This document shows, one piece after another, positions 1 to 10,045 of a stretch of 64,000 bases of DNA (the stretch's first letter is position 1; every line of letters starts with the position of its first letter). The translations under genes were made by a program, and so were the position numbers. This DNA is from a virus (Duplodnaviria > Heunggongvirae > Uroviricota > Caudoviricetes), in IMG/VR virus record IMGVR_UViG_3300040781_000350. One strand, 5' to 3'. The notes under the pieces are model-generated. The model was not told where the DNA came from. It did no database searches and saw only the letters and a program-made list of their open reading frames with translations.

Positions 1-140
1 AATTATTTGTCATCCCCAGTATGAGAAAGAGCTTAATAAAGTTCTCAAGCCATATAAAATAGAAGCAATTGGATCACCATTCAGACATTGTGAAATATTT
101 TCTGGAGCTCATCACTGTACAACATTAGATATAAGAAGAA

Positions 141-938
141 ATGGAAAATTACAAAATTACTTTGAGTAGTGTAAGCGTACCTAGAAAGTACACTAATGCT
201 ATTTGTTTTAACAGCGACTTTAAGTATTTAAAGTTTGCAGTGCCGTTATACAATTCACTTGTTGCTAATAATATCAAAGCGGATCTCGTTTGTAGATGTA
301 TAGATTTTACAGATGACGAAAAACAACAAGTACGCCAAATGTTACCTGGTTGTAATCTGATTTTTGATAACCCAAACATTTCACCAGCTAAAAATATGCT
401 TAAAGAAACAGGGTTGAATTTTCACCAGGTTTTTAAATCATCACCATACACAACCGATGGTATTCAGAATATGATAGCTGGTGGTTTATATAGTAAACGA
501 GCTGCTTATTCATGCCATGTAAGGTTCAACACTATTCTTGATCTACTTAACTCGGATTATGAAAAAGTATTATGTCTTGATTGTGATACTATTTGTATAC
601 GAGATTTCAGTCATATATTCGAATTAGAACATGGTGATATTTTTACTGTTTTCGATAACGGTGAGTATTTTATGAATGAGGGTTTGTTGATGTTTTCAAA
701 TAATGAACTGACATATCAATTTGTTCAAAATGTAAGGGATCAAATATTCACTGATGATAATTGGTTACGATGGGATGCAGATTCTGAAGCACTTGTTGAT
801 AACTTCATAGATGATCTCAAAATCATTGATTTAGGGTATGAATATAAAGATAGATCACATAGTGATGATGCATTTATGTGGTCTGGGGATGCTCTTAGTA
901 AATTCAAACAAAAATTTAAAACAAAACTTGGTGAATAA
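141..938 (+). CDS. GT-A fold glycosyltransferase (GT8-like)
   Basis: 265 aa ORF with DxD-type motif KVLCLDCDTICIRDF and a downstream NEGLLMF segment typical of GT8-like enzymes. Confidence 0.65.
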   Translation: MENYKITLSSVSVPRKYTNAICFNSDFKYLKFAVPLYNSLVANNIKADLVCRCIDFTDDEKQQVRQMLPGCNLIFDNPNISPAKNMLKETGLNFHQVFKSSPYTTDGIQNMIAGGLYSKRAAYSCHVRFNTILDLLNSDYEKVLCLDCDTICIRDFSHIFELEHGDIFTVFDNGEYFMNEGLLMFSNNELTYQFVQNVRDQIFTDDNWLRWDADSEALVDNFIDDLKIIDLGYEYKDRSHSDDAFMWSGDALSKFKQKFKTKLGE

Positions 939-1563
939 AGTAGTACATATTTTATGGTGGGACATTACTGAAAAACCAGACTTCTTCGATGAAAATATCA
1001 GTTCATGGACTGAACATAACCCTGAATGGACTGTTAAAGTATGGGGTAGACAGGAATGCTATTCATTGTTAAAAGTATTCTACCCTAGATACTTCTGTAT
1101 GTTCGAAGAATATGAACATGATATTCAAAGAATTGATGCAATAAGATATTTTATACTTCATTTAGATGGTGGGTTATATGCTGATATCGATATCAAGTGT
1201 AATAAATGTATTGATAATATTATCGATAATGAGGATGTTTTATTTAAAGAAGGAAAGAATCAAACAAAGTTATTCCCGAATCTTACAAACATTACAAATA
1301 GTATAATGTATAGTACAGGTAAGAGTGTTTTTTTCAATTACATAATTAAAATGCTGTTTTTAACTAAACAGAAAGATGAACAGAATGATGTGTTAAATGT
1401 ATTATACTCAACTGGACCTGGTTTAGTAACTGCCGCTCATGATTTATTCAATACAAGACATGTTACAGTTCACCCAAGTACATTTTTCGATGAACCACCT
1501 TGTATATATGGACAGCATTTGTATATGAATTCATGGTTTAATAAAGAGAATGTTATTATATGA
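931..1563 (+). CDS. glycosyltransferase family 32 (OCH1/SUR1-like)
   Basis: NKVVHILW, RIDAIRYFILHLDGGLYADID and STGPG motifs; GTG start at 931 overlapping the upstream stop is more plausible than 838. Confidence 0.8.
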   Translation: MNKVVHILWWDITEKPDFFDENISSWTEHNPEWTVKVWGRQECYSLLKVFYPRYFCMFEEYEHDIQRIDAIRYFILHLDGGLYADIDIKCNKCIDNIIDNEDVLFKEGKNQTKLFPNLTNITNSIMYSTGKSVFFNYIIKMLFLTKQKDEQNDVLNVLYSTGPGLVTAAHDLFNTRHVTVHPSTFFDEPPCIYGQHLYMNSWFNKENVII

Positions 1564-2552
1564 TTTTAACTAAAAGACAAATAGATGCAATGGTAAATAC
1601 TATACCAAATACATTTGATAATATTCTTCATGAATCTAGTATACTGGTCGATAAGAGTAAGTTTGATATCAGCACTATTGATGATCATGGTGATATAATA
1701 ACTATTGATACGATCAGTAAATGTAACTTACACTGTTCATTTTGTAGAGGTAGTATATCTAATATAGGTGAACTTTCAAAATTACAAACAATGACTCAAA
1801 CTGCATTTGAAATATTTGTAAAAAGAGCAACTGATTATGGTATTAAGCATATTGAAATGACACCTGCTATAGGAGAGCCGTTTATTGATAAGGGTATTAT
1901 CGATAAGCTTAAACATCTTGAAGAGAATGATAAAATAGAGAGTTACATCATAACAACAAACCTCACTATGTGGAAGGATGTACATTTTGAATTCATAAAA
2001 ACATGTAACAAGATTGTATTTAATATTTCACTTTATGGATATGATGAAGAATCATACAGCAAATCAACAAACCGTAAAAACAAGTTTCAAACGTTCTATG
2101 CAAATTTTACACGTTTAGCAGATATCGTTCATGAGTATGACAATGTATATATGATTATTTTCATGAGATGCGGATTACCATTTAATCACAGGTTTCCGAG
2201 AACTCCTATTTTTTACGATGTATTCAATTTAGCAAACCTTAAAAACTGTTGGTTAAATAACGGTGATATTGAAAATATCAATCGTGCTGCAAATCTTGAA
2301 GGGTTTGAAAAGAAGTCACGTCAACGTTCTGGTATATGTCCGAATGGCCCTGGAATCGGCGGTGGTGTAATAGCGAATGGTGATTTTCTCTTCTGTCCAT
2401 TCAATGATATCAACAGAGTTGGTGTTGTCGGTAATTTATATACCCAGTCGTTAGAAGAAATATACAGTGGTGATAAATGGCAAGAAATTTTAAATAATCA
2501 TATGAATAATACATATATCGGTATTTGTAAAAACTGTGATGAGACGTGGTAG
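1560..2552 (+). CDS. radical SAM protein with C-terminal SPASM/twitch domain
   Basis: CNLHCSFC (CxxxCxxC), GEP-like AIGEPF, C-terminal CPF...VGNL...CKNC. Confidence 0.85.
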   Translation: MILTKRQIDAMVNTIPNTFDNILHESSILVDKSKFDISTIDDHGDIITIDTISKCNLHCSFCRGSISNIGELSKLQTMTQTAFEIFVKRATDYGIKHIEMTPAIGEPFIDKGIIDKLKHLEENDKIESYIITTNLTMWKDVHFEFIKTCNKIVFNISLYGYDEESYSKSTNRKNKFQTFYANFTRLADIVHEYDNVYMIIFMRCGLPFNHRFPRTPIFYDVFNLANLKNCWLNNGDIENINRAANLEGFEKKSRQRSGICPNGPGIGGGVIANGDFLFCPFNDINRVGVVGNLYTQSLEEIYSGDKWQEILNNHMNNTYIGICKNCDETW

Positions 2553-2567
2553 AGCATAAATAAATGT

Positions 2568-2861
2568 ATGATGTTTGATTTTGCAACTTTTTTTGAAGCT
2601 TCACAATGTGATAAGGATGATCTTGATAAGATGATCAACAACCCTGACCCTAAACGTATTAAAGAATATGGTGATGATAAATATATCAAAATGCTGAAAA
2701 AGAAGAGAGCAGATCTCGATTCTGAAGACCAAGAAGATGCAATGACAGCAAATGATATCAAACATTACAAGAAGGTTAGAAAACCTACTATACCAACGAA
2801 AAAAATTCTTTCTAAAAAGGAAAAACTTCGTAATAAGCGTAATAAAAAGGTTGAATATTAA
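2568..2861 (+). CDS. hypothetical protein
   Basis: 97 aa ORF after TAAATA late-promoter-like motif. Confidence 0.6.
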   Translation: MMFDFATFFEASQCDKDDLDKMINNPDPKRIKEYGDDKYIKMLKKKRADLDSEDQEDAMTANDIKHYKKVRKPTIPTKKILSKKEKLRNKRNKKVEY

Positions 2862-2884
2862 GTTGTAGCTCAATAAGTTATTGT

Positions 2885-3067
2885 ATGGAAAATGATAACA
2901 TATCAACACTAAACGAACAAGTATCAAACTTCAGCGATGATATCGCAAAGTTTAAAGAAAATGGTAATAATGCTGCTGGTACTAGAGCACGTAAAGCTCT
3001 TCTTGAAATCTCAAAACTCTGTAAAGAGATTCGTAAAGAGATTCAAGAAGCAAAGAATGCTAAGTAA
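2885..3067 (+). CDS. histone H1-like (Hc1-type) small DNA-binding protein
   Basis: GNNAAGTRARKALLEISKLCKEIRK matches the Hc1-like family signature recalled from bacterial homologues. Confidence 0.65.
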   Translation: MENDNISTLNEQVSNFSDDIAKFKENGNNAAGTRARKALLEISKLCKEIRKEIQEAKNAK

Positions 3068-3098
3068 CATATAGTAATGGTAGATATTAAATAATAGT

Positions 3099-3512
3099 AT
3101 GCTATCATTTAAAATGTTCTGGGAGGCTAAAGCACTTGGTCTCATTGAAAACCTCACAATCGACGGAATCGGTACTATACCATCTAAGATTGATTCAGGT
3201 AATGGTGCATATAACGTCCTACATGGGGTGGATATCAACATAAGCGGAGATACTGTTCAATTTACATCTGTTGATAACCACCCTATTGAGGCACAAATGG
3301 TAGACACAATCGAAATTAATATCGGAAGTGGTGTTATCGAAAAACGACCTGTTATACATCTCAATGTCACAATAGGTGATCATAAATTTGAGAATGTAAG
3401 ATTTTCTATCGGTGATAGAACAGAAAATGAGTATAAGATCCTTGTCGGGAAGGATTTCATAGAAGAACTCGGAGGGCTTATTGACGTCACCACCGAGTTC
3501 AATTATAAGTAG
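3099..3512 (+). CDS. retropepsin-like peptidase (RimK-associated / putative ATP-dependent Zn protease family)
   Basis: KIDSGNG catalytic motif and C-terminal ILVGKDF. Confidence 0.75.
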   Translation: MLSFKMFWEAKALGLIENLTIDGIGTIPSKIDSGNGAYNVLHGVDINISGDTVQFTSVDNHPIEAQMVDTIEINIGSGVIEKRPVIHLNVTIGDHKFENVRFSIGDRTENEYKILVGKDFIEELGGLIDVTTEFNYK

Positions 3513-3520
3513 TGTACAGC

Positions 3521-4549
3521 TTATTTAAGCATTGATTCGTATACCTCTTTTGGCACACCTGCTGTAAAGCCACCTGGTACATTCTTAACGATTACCGAGA
3601 TAGCATCATGACTATGTAAACTCTCCCAATGTCCAGCAACAATCTTAAAGTCAAGAATCCGTTCATCATCATCAAGCTGTTCATACATTAATCTTACAGC
3701 ATCTTCAACAAACTTAAGATTAGCACCGTTCAATTCTGCAAATGCTTGTTCATCTTCACGCTTAACGATAACTTGCGTTTCCGTCTGTAACGCTTCAAGT
3801 AACATTTCTTGGAGATCCTCAATCCATACATCTTCATCAAACACGATTGATACTCTCGCTGTAGAACGTTGTGAATGCGGTACTGTTGCTCTGTTTCTAT
3901 ATTTTTCAGCATGTTCTGCTAGCTCAAAACTACATGGGCATGCTGATGAGTATACAAAGTCAAAGTGTATAAGTTTTTTCACACTTCCGTCTTTAGCAAT
4001 ATCACATTCAAAACACACATCATAATATTGATAACCCTCATTATCTGATCTTAGACTCTTTTGTAAGATAGGGTATGAAAACTTAAGCATGATTCTTGCA
4101 TCGAACACTTCAAGATTTTTCTTATAATCATTCAATATATTCACAATATTTTCGAAATCAAACACTTTATCTTTATGAGCATAGAACGATCTCATAATAC
4201 GTGACATGTTGATTCCCTTTTTATGTGCTTCAAGCGAGACAGAACCAGTAATTGATGTTTCTAACGTAATTGTTGAACCATCTCTTTTAAGAACTTTAAG
4301 TGGTAACCTAAAATTATGAATACCTACTTGCTGAATTGCAACAGGGGCTCCTTGAATCAAACTTGATGGACCATTTTGTAAATCAGGTAAAGATTTAATG
4401 TATTTTTTATTAGCTACGACAGTATCATCGTATTCCCTAATAGGCGGTTTATATGATGATGCATATTCATCACCCATAATATCATGAGCAATTTTATCTT
4501 TATCGCCACTCATCTCGTCATCACCTAACCAAATATATTTCTTATTCAT
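3521..4549 (-). CDS. folE2: GTP cyclohydrolase I type 2
   Basis: LPDLQ, IQQVGI, KGINMSRI, SACPCS, PHSQRS, ESLHSHDA motifs. Confidence 0.95.
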   Translation of the reverse strand: MNKKYIWLGDDEMSGDKDKIAHDIMGDEYASSYKPPIREYDDTVVANKKYIKSLPDLQNGPSSLIQGAPVAIQQVGIHNFRLPLKVLKRDGSTITLETSITGSVSLEAHKKGINMSRIMRSFYAHKDKVFDFENIVNILNDYKKNLEVFDARIMLKFSYPILQKSLRSDNEGYQYYDVCFECDIAKDGSVKKLIHFDFVYSSACPCSFELAEHAEKYRNRATVPHSQRSTARVSIVFDEDVWIEDLQEMLLEALQTETQVIVKREDEQAFAELNGANLKFVEDAVRLMYEQLDDDERILDFKIVAGHWESLHSHDAISVIVKNVPGGFTAGVPKEVYESMLK

Positions 4550-4603
4550 ATGTCTATTATATAATGCTGCAATCTGTAATCAACTGATATATTAAATAAT
4601 AAT

Positions 4604-5131
4604 ATGAATAAACTTAATCTCAATAAAGAAATTTTGAAGGAAAAATTTGATGAAACAAAATTCAATCAATATAGTAATAGTATATTAAATGAAATTGCAA
4701 CACCTAATGATAGTGGTTCATTAGCAAGTAAAACAGCGTCAGCAGTTTCAAGCTTCATCCCAGGTTCAATAGCTAATCTACAAAAACGCGTACAAAAAAA
4801 GAGATTAAATGATGAGCTTAGTGGAAAAACAGATAAATTTAATCGACGTATCGATCAAACTAAACCTACGCAACAACCACAAAAAACAGGTAAATCAAAA
4901 TTTTATGCTTGCTTAAATCAATTCCTTGTTAAAAATAAACTAAATGCACAACAGTTAAATATTAATGTTGTATATAATTTCGTTAAATCACTCGGTGTGA
5001 AAGATGTAAAAAGAACATTGAAGAGCGCAGGAATGAATTTTGATACATATCATGAAAAACGTATAATTAACAACAATGAATTATCATCATTAAAAGCGTT
5101 ACTACAAAAACGTGGTTTTGTTTCTGAATAA
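4604..5131 (+). CDS. hypothetical protein
   Basis: 175 aa ORF, TAAATA motif upstream. Confidence 0.65.
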   Translation: MNKLNLNKEILKEKFDETKFNQYSNSILNEIATPNDSGSLASKTASAVSSFIPGSIANLQKRVQKKRLNDELSGKTDKFNRRIDQTKPTQQPQKTGKSKFYACLNQFLVKNKLNAQQLNINVVYNFVKSLGVKDVKRTLKSAGMNFDTYHEKRIINNNELSSLKALLQKRGFVSE

Positions 5132-5147
5132 AATAATAAAATACTGG

Positions 5148-5175
5148 TTGATTACTGGATTTCGGCCGGTATAAT
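5148..5175 (+). promoter_or_regulatory. sigma70-like promoter
   Basis: TTGATT-N16-TATAAT upstream of ORF 5200. Confidence 0.6.
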
Positions 5176-5199
5176 TGATGTAGAGAAGAAGAGAAAACA

Positions 5200-5457
5200 A
5201 TGAACTTACAAATAACACGTCAACAATTAAATACCCTAAAAGTTAATCTTACTGAAATACATGAAATCATATCTAGTTTAACACCAGTACCTGAACAATC
5301 AATACAATCAGAAGAATCACCTAAACAAATAGATAAACCAGTGAAGAAGTCAGAACCAGCTAAACAAGGTCCAAACGGTGTACCAAGAACAAAAGTTACA
5401 TCAGGTTTTGGTGACCCATTTGCAGGTACTAGTTGGGGAAATTCAAAAATAAAATAA
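5200..5457 (+). CDS. hypothetical protein
   Basis: 85 aa ORF after promoter. Confidence 0.6.
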   Translation: MNLQITRQQLNTLKVNLTEIHEIISSLTPVPEQSIQSEESPKQIDKPVKKSEPAKQGPNGVPRTKVTSGFGDPFAGTSWGNSKIK

Positions 5458-5458
5458 T

Positions 5459-5734
5459 ATGAATCTAGGAGATATTTATTCACAACAAGTTAATGGTAGA
5501 AGAGTACCACAACAAACGATTACGTCAGGTAATTTTGAAGGTATTCAAAGAAGATCAGATGGTAAGATTGAAAAATTAGAAGCTGATACACTTTCAAAAC
5601 TTAGCCAAGCTCAACAACAGTTATCACCGACACCCAAGATTGATGATCAAAAAAGAGTTACACCGCAAGATAGTTTACAACCTGTATCTCTAGAAGATGC
5701 AATGAAAGAGTTACTTGAACTTGAAAATTCTTAA
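5459..5734 (+). CDS. hypothetical protein
   Basis: 91 aa ORF, tightly coupled to the previous gene. Confidence 0.6.
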   Translation: MNLGDIYSQQVNGRRVPQQTITSGNFEGIQRRSDGKIEKLEADTLSKLSQAQQQLSPTPKIDDQKRVTPQDSLQPVSLEDAMKELLELENS

Positions 5735-5906
5735 ACAATTTTTCTGTAGACATCATTGGAAGAGAATTGAACGTCAATTCCTAAGACCAGGTATAGAAAG
5801 GTCTGGACCGTTTATTGATAAAATATACTATTTTGAAATTACTGATGAATGTACATTATGTAAAAAAATCAGAAAACAAGAAAAATATACATATGTTAAT
5901 TTTTAA
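5715..5906 (+). CDS. hypothetical protein (FFCRHHW...CTLC, possible Zn-binding)
   Basis: 63 aa ORF filling the gap before phoH. Confidence 0.5.
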   Translation: MNLKILKQFFCRHHWKRIERQFLRPGIERSGPFIDKIYYFEITDECTLCKKIRKQEKYTYVNF

Positions 5907-6679
5907 TCATTGTTTATAGATTCAAGACGTTCAACAATAAATCTCAATATTTCACTTCTTACGATATCATCACCATTGAACTTGAAAGTATCAATACCTT
6001 CATCAGAACAACTAGGGTGATCGAATGCTTTAAAGATGTCTTTAAATCCTGTTTTGGATCCAATATCAGCTTGATATGTATCACCAACAACAAGATATTT
6101 ACTATCAACACCAAATCTTGTTAAAATAGTGATAAGCTCGGATCTAGTCATATTTTGTGCTTCGTCAATTATTACACAACTATTTTTAAATGTTAAACCT
6201 CTTGTAAAATTAACTGGTATACATTTTATATAATTTTTTGACATCAAATTTTTACTTACATTACCATCCAAAATCTCATCAAGCTTATCAATCAACGGCA
6301 TAGACCAAGGAGCAAACTTCTCTTCTAATTCCCCAGGGAGAGCACCCATACTACGGGATGCACTTTCTACGATTGATCTGATATAAATGATGTTGTCTAT
6401 TCGATGTTCATTTAAAAGTTTAAGAGCTGCTAGAACGGCAATATATGTTTTAGCTGTTCCAGCCGGGCCATCAACAATACACATATGATTTGATGGATTA
6501 ATTGCTGATGAAAGAAAAACTTTTTGTCGTTCAGTTAGTTCATAATCTTGGTTGATTTTGAAATCTAAATCCCATGTTTCATCTTGTGCTGGTATGACAA
6601 GTTCAATTTCAGTGCGAGGAGCTGTTACTTTTTTTCGAACAACTTTTTTACTCTTACGAGTAGACTTTTTTGTTGGCAT
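5903..6679 (-). CDS. phoH: PhoH family ATPase
   Basis: GPAGTAKT Walker A, RGLTF, IIDEAQN, GDTYQAD, DIVRS motifs; start placed at MPTKK. Confidence 0.95.
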   Translation of the reverse strand: MPTKKSTRKSKKVVRKKVTAPRTEIELVIPAQDETWDLDFKINQDYELTERQKVFLSSAINPSNHMCIVDGPAGTAKTYIAVLAALKLLNEHRIDNIIYIRSIVESASRSMGALPGELEEKFAPWSMPLIDKLDEILDGNVSKNLMSKNYIKCIPVNFTRGLTFKNSCVIIDEAQNMTRSELITILTRFGVDSKYLVVGDTYQADIGSKTGFKDIFKAFDHPSCSDEGIDTFKFNGDDIVRSEILRFIVERLESINND

Positions 6680-6768
6680 ATACTTGTATTTATTGATTTT
6701 TAACATATCAAAACAATGGTCTCCAAATCAGTTGTTTTTCATAAATAATATACTACAATGTAGACAAT

Positions 6769-7527
6769 ATGATCGATACAGCTAAAGAAACATTGTTTAT
6801 GAGTGATGACAAGGTATTTTACACTTGTGAAGGGGAAGGTGAATATGTCGGTAAGCCATCAGTATTCTTTAGAGTATCGATGTGTAATTTAACTTGCAAA
6901 AATTTCGCATCAGAAGATTCACCACATGGGTGTGATTCATACATTTCATGGAGTGTTAAAAATAAAATGACATTTGATGAAATCTTTGAATATATGGAAG
7001 AAAGACGCTATATTGAATTTCTTAGAAACGGAGCATTACTTAAATTAACAGGCGGTGAGCCATTAGTAAGTCAAAAGAAATTACTCAAGTTCATCGAAGC
7101 ATTTATAGAGAGATATGAGTTTTATCCTAGAATCGATTTTGAAACGAATGCTACCATTATGCCAGACAAAAGATGGGTAGAAGAATTTGGTGCAACATTT
7201 ACAACATCACCTAAGCTTTCTACGAATGGTGATCCGGAGAGTAAAACATACAAACCTGATGTGCTTAAATGGCACGTTGAAAATAATAGTGGTTTCAAAT
7301 TCGTTATTACTTGTTCAGAAGATATTGAAGAAATTTGGAGAAAGTATGTCGATGAGCGTAATGATATTAATGTTCCGCTAGATCGTGTATGGTTCATGCC
7401 TTGTTGTGGTTCACGCAGTGAGCATATAGAGAACGCACCTGCTGTAGCAGAATATGCTAAAGCGTGTGGTGTTAATTTCAGTCCTAGAATGCATTTATTA
7501 ATCTGGGACTTAGCTTTACGAGTTTAA
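6769..7527 (+). CDS. queE: 7-carboxy-7-deazaguanine synthase (radical SAM)
   Basis: EGEGEYVGKPSVFFR, CNLTC...GCDS, LTGGEP, ETN, SPKL, SPRMHLLIW. Confidence 0.92.
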   Translation: MIDTAKETLFMSDDKVFYTCEGEGEYVGKPSVFFRVSMCNLTCKNFASEDSPHGCDSYISWSVKNKMTFDEIFEYMEERRYIEFLRNGALLKLTGGEPLVSQKKLLKFIEAFIERYEFYPRIDFETNATIMPDKRWVEEFGATFTTSPKLSTNGDPESKTYKPDVLKWHVENNSGFKFVITCSEDIEEIWRKYVDERNDINVPLDRVWFMPCCGSRSEHIENAPAVAEYAKACGVNFSPRMHLLIWDLALRV

Positions 7528-7550
7528 GGAACAAATATAACATTCATGCT

Positions 7551-7946
7551 ATGATAAAATACGAAACAAAAAGAATTATTAGCGTACAAGATTGGGACGA
7601 ACTTGTATCTGAAACATATGGTAAACCATATTCATTACAACAACAAGATGGTTGTAAAGAACGACAAGTTGAGAATATTACCGTACCAGACTTAGAAGCC
7701 TGGGATTTTGAGAATGATACTATTCCGGAAGAAGTTAATGGAGATGAAATGGGGGTAAGCTTTAAATCATGGCTTGCAAGAGATCCAAAACAACCACTTA
7801 ATACAGGTGATGACTGGGATAGAAAGCATGGGGTACGATTATTCTGGGAACGTAATTTTTATCCTGCTCTAGGTATAATTATTAACGACTTACATAAAAA
7901 GGGTTTAATTGAAGCTGGTGAATACGGCATTGATATAGACTGGTAA
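7551..7946 (+). CDS. hypothetical protein
   Basis: 131 aa ORF. Confidence 0.7.
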   Translation: MIKYETKRIISVQDWDELVSETYGKPYSLQQQDGCKERQVENITVPDLEAWDFENDTIPEEVNGDEMGVSFKSWLARDPKQPLNTGDDWDRKHGVRLFWERNFYPALGIIINDLHKKGLIEAGEYGIDIDW

Positions 7947-7987
7947 AAAAAATTTAAGCAGAAATCAATTACAGGTGCTTAACGAAC

Positions 7988-8024
7988 AAAAAAAGAGCAG
8001 CTTCATTTACGAGGCTGCTCTTTT
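7988..8024. terminator. bidirectional rho-independent terminator
   Basis: AAAAGAGCAGC...GCTGCTCTTTT hairpin with A/T tails between convergent genes. Confidence 0.8.
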
Positions 8025-8042
8025 AATGTTAAATGTTAATGC

Positions 8043-8414
8043 TTAAACGTAACCGAGATGATGAAGTCTTGCTAAGTTAGCTGAAACTGAATCATAACCA
8101 GGTCCTGCTGATACTGTTTGTAGTGTTGTACCAGATGCAACTGTAAACTGTGTTGAAAGACGACCGCTATCAATAATAGCAATTGTTGAACTATCATAAC
8201 CAGCATACATTAAGAATACAAACTCATCACCATTATGTATGGTGCTTAAAGTAACAACTGTCGTGTCGGTTCCTTTATCAGCTGCATTATAAAGTAGCTT
8301 TGCTGTACTATCTGCACTCAATGACTGTGCTGTTACATCGTTAAGTGCTGAAACACCATCTGTTACACTTCCTGTGCCGAAAATTAGTTCATCTGTAAAT
8401 TGAATATTGCTCAT
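8043..8414 (-). CDS. hypothetical protein, possibly virion-associated
   Basis: 123 aa S/T/G-rich ORF with TAAATA upstream. Confidence 0.6.
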   Translation of the reverse strand: MSNIQFTDELIFGTGSVTDGVSALNDVTAQSLSADSTAKLLYNAADKGTDTTVVTLSTIHNGDEFVFLMYAGYDSSTIAIIDSGRLSTQFTVASGTTLQTVSAGPGYDSVSANLARLHHLGYV

Positions 8415-8456
8415 ATTATTATTTATAGGTTATCATAACCGGATTACAAAAATATC

Positions 8457-8942
8457 TTATTTTAATCTCCCACCTGGGGTAAAGTAGAAACCTATTACAG
8501 CTGCTAATGTTATAATCGAAACAAGTGTTATATGACCAGTTGTAATTACAACAGTAGAATCAAGATTAAGTGGTATAGTAATCATACCCCAGAGAAAATC
8601 TAAACTCTCTTTGTTAACTGGTGGAAAAAACGTTATCAATTCCACGCTTGGGAATAATGTACATAATACTGAAATAACAAAAAAGTTTATCATACCTATT
8701 ACAGCAAGAATACGTCTTGTTTGTCTTGCAAACATCGATGTTTCTGGTGATGAGTCACCAAACACCATTTTCTGAACTTCAACATCAAGTTTTGATCGTT
8801 CTAGATCACGGATCATTTCACGTTTTTCATGAGCTTCTTTAGCTCCGGCAATTCTATCAATAATGCCAGCACCTACTTTAAGTAAAGACCCCATTCCGGT
8901 AGCCCCTAAAGTAGAGAAAATCATTGTAAGTAACCCGATCAT
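8457..8942 (-). CDS. membrane protein, holin-like (2-3 TM segments)
   Basis: hydrophobic N-terminus and two TM stretches; basic C-terminus GFYFTPGGRLK. Confidence 0.55.
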   Translation of the reverse strand: MIGLLTMIFSTLGATGMGSLLKVGAGIIDRIAGAKEAHEKREMIRDLERSKLDVEVQKMVFGDSSPETSMFARQTRRILAVIGMINFFVISVLCTLFPSVELITFFPPVNKESLDFLWGMITIPLNLDSTVVITTGHITLVSIITLAAVIGFYFTPGGRLK

Positions 8943-8946
8943 AACA

Positions 8947-9057
8947 CTATGCGTTTGACTTACCTGGTTTTACACCGAATGTAAGTACTGGTTCTGTCTT
9001 AGCTTTAGCATTAGTTGTTTTAGCTTTTGGTTGTTTTGTTTCTTTTTTCTTAAACAT
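8947..9057 (-). CDS. small basic hypothetical protein (36 aa)
   Basis: MFKKKETKQ... preceded by TAAATA; ATG at 9057. Confidence 0.45.
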   Translation of the reverse strand: MFKKKETKQPKAKTTNAKAKTEPVLTFGVKPGKSNA

Positions 9058-9073
9058 ATAATTATTTATTAAA

Positions 9074-9277
9074 TTACCAGCTCTGCCATAAAGGTGGTGA
9101 TTTATAAATAGTTGTTCTAGGTTGTTGCTCTTGTCGCTCACCTTGTTGTTCTATAAAGGGTCTTGTATTTAATTCACGTACTGGTTGAGGTCGATATTCT
9201 GGTAAACTACTGGGTGATTTACAACCGATAAAAAAACCTGAAACAATGATACAACTAACTAAAACAAACATCTTCAT
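9074..9277 (-). CDS. small lipoprotein
   Basis: signal peptide with lipobox-like FIGC. Confidence 0.55.
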   Translation of the reverse strand: MKMFVLVSCIIVSGFFIGCKSPSSLPEYRPQPVRELNTRPFIEQQGERQEQQPRTTIYKSPPLWQSW

Positions 9278-9285
9278 AACAATAC

Positions 9286-9987
9286 TTATTTAAGAATATC
9301 ATATTTTTGTGAATTCATATGTACTGCTAATAATGTCCGTATCTCAGTTTTCATGTAATTGAGATTGATATATTTCCACTGACCATCTACAAGATAATAT
9401 ATAACAAGATGCTTACATTTTTTACCTGTCATTTCTTCATATAAATGAGCATACATAGAAAGCTGTAAACAGTAACTATTGAATTCACAAACAGAAAGAT
9501 GCTGCAGCGGGTATTTATGGTAGTCATTATATGTACTAAAAAATCTAAATCGTCTATTTGTTTTAAAATCCCCTATAAAGAAACTATCCCCGTCTACAAA
9601 TATTAAGTCAGCTAAGCCTGCAATGTTATATTCTGTATTATAAACCAAGAACTCACTTTCAATGTTTTTAAACTTCGGGATATGAGGCTTACTTTCTTCA
9701 AATGTACTATACAACTGTGCAAACTGAGGTTCTTGTTTATTATCAACAATATAGTCTTCCATAACTTTGTGAATCTTAGTACCTTTTTCGCATGCAACAT
9801 CGCATTTATTTTGCCACTGATCTAAAACCATCTGCTTTGGTACACCTTCACGTTTTGCAACTCGTGCAGCATGAAGATGTTTATCGAATTTAGGTTTATA
9901 TTGACCAAGCAGTGTTGTCACCGATGTCATTTTTTTACCATTTTCGGTATTTGTATATGTATGTGTTGGCTCGTCGAATACAATCAT
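9286..9987 (-). CDS. PD-(D/E)XK exonuclease
   Basis: FDEPTHTY, SVTTLL, GTKIH, IAGLADL, IGDFKTN, YCLQLSMYA. Confidence 0.85.
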   Translation of the reverse strand: MIVFDEPTHTYTNTENGKKMTSVTTLLGQYKPKFDKHLHAARVAKREGVPKQMVLDQWQNKCDVACEKGTKIHKVMEDYIVDNKQEPQFAQLYSTFEESKPHIPKFKNIESEFLVYNTEYNIAGLADLIFVDGDSFFIGDFKTNRRFRFFSTYNDYHKYPLQHLSVCEFNSYCLQLSMYAHLYEEMTGKKCKHLVIYYLVDGQWKYINLNYMKTEIRTLLAVHMNSQKYDILK

Positions 9988-10045
9988 TTGAATTTATTAT
10001 AACATAAATGTTTGAAAAACCAAATCCGGTTGTTATAATAAGAAT

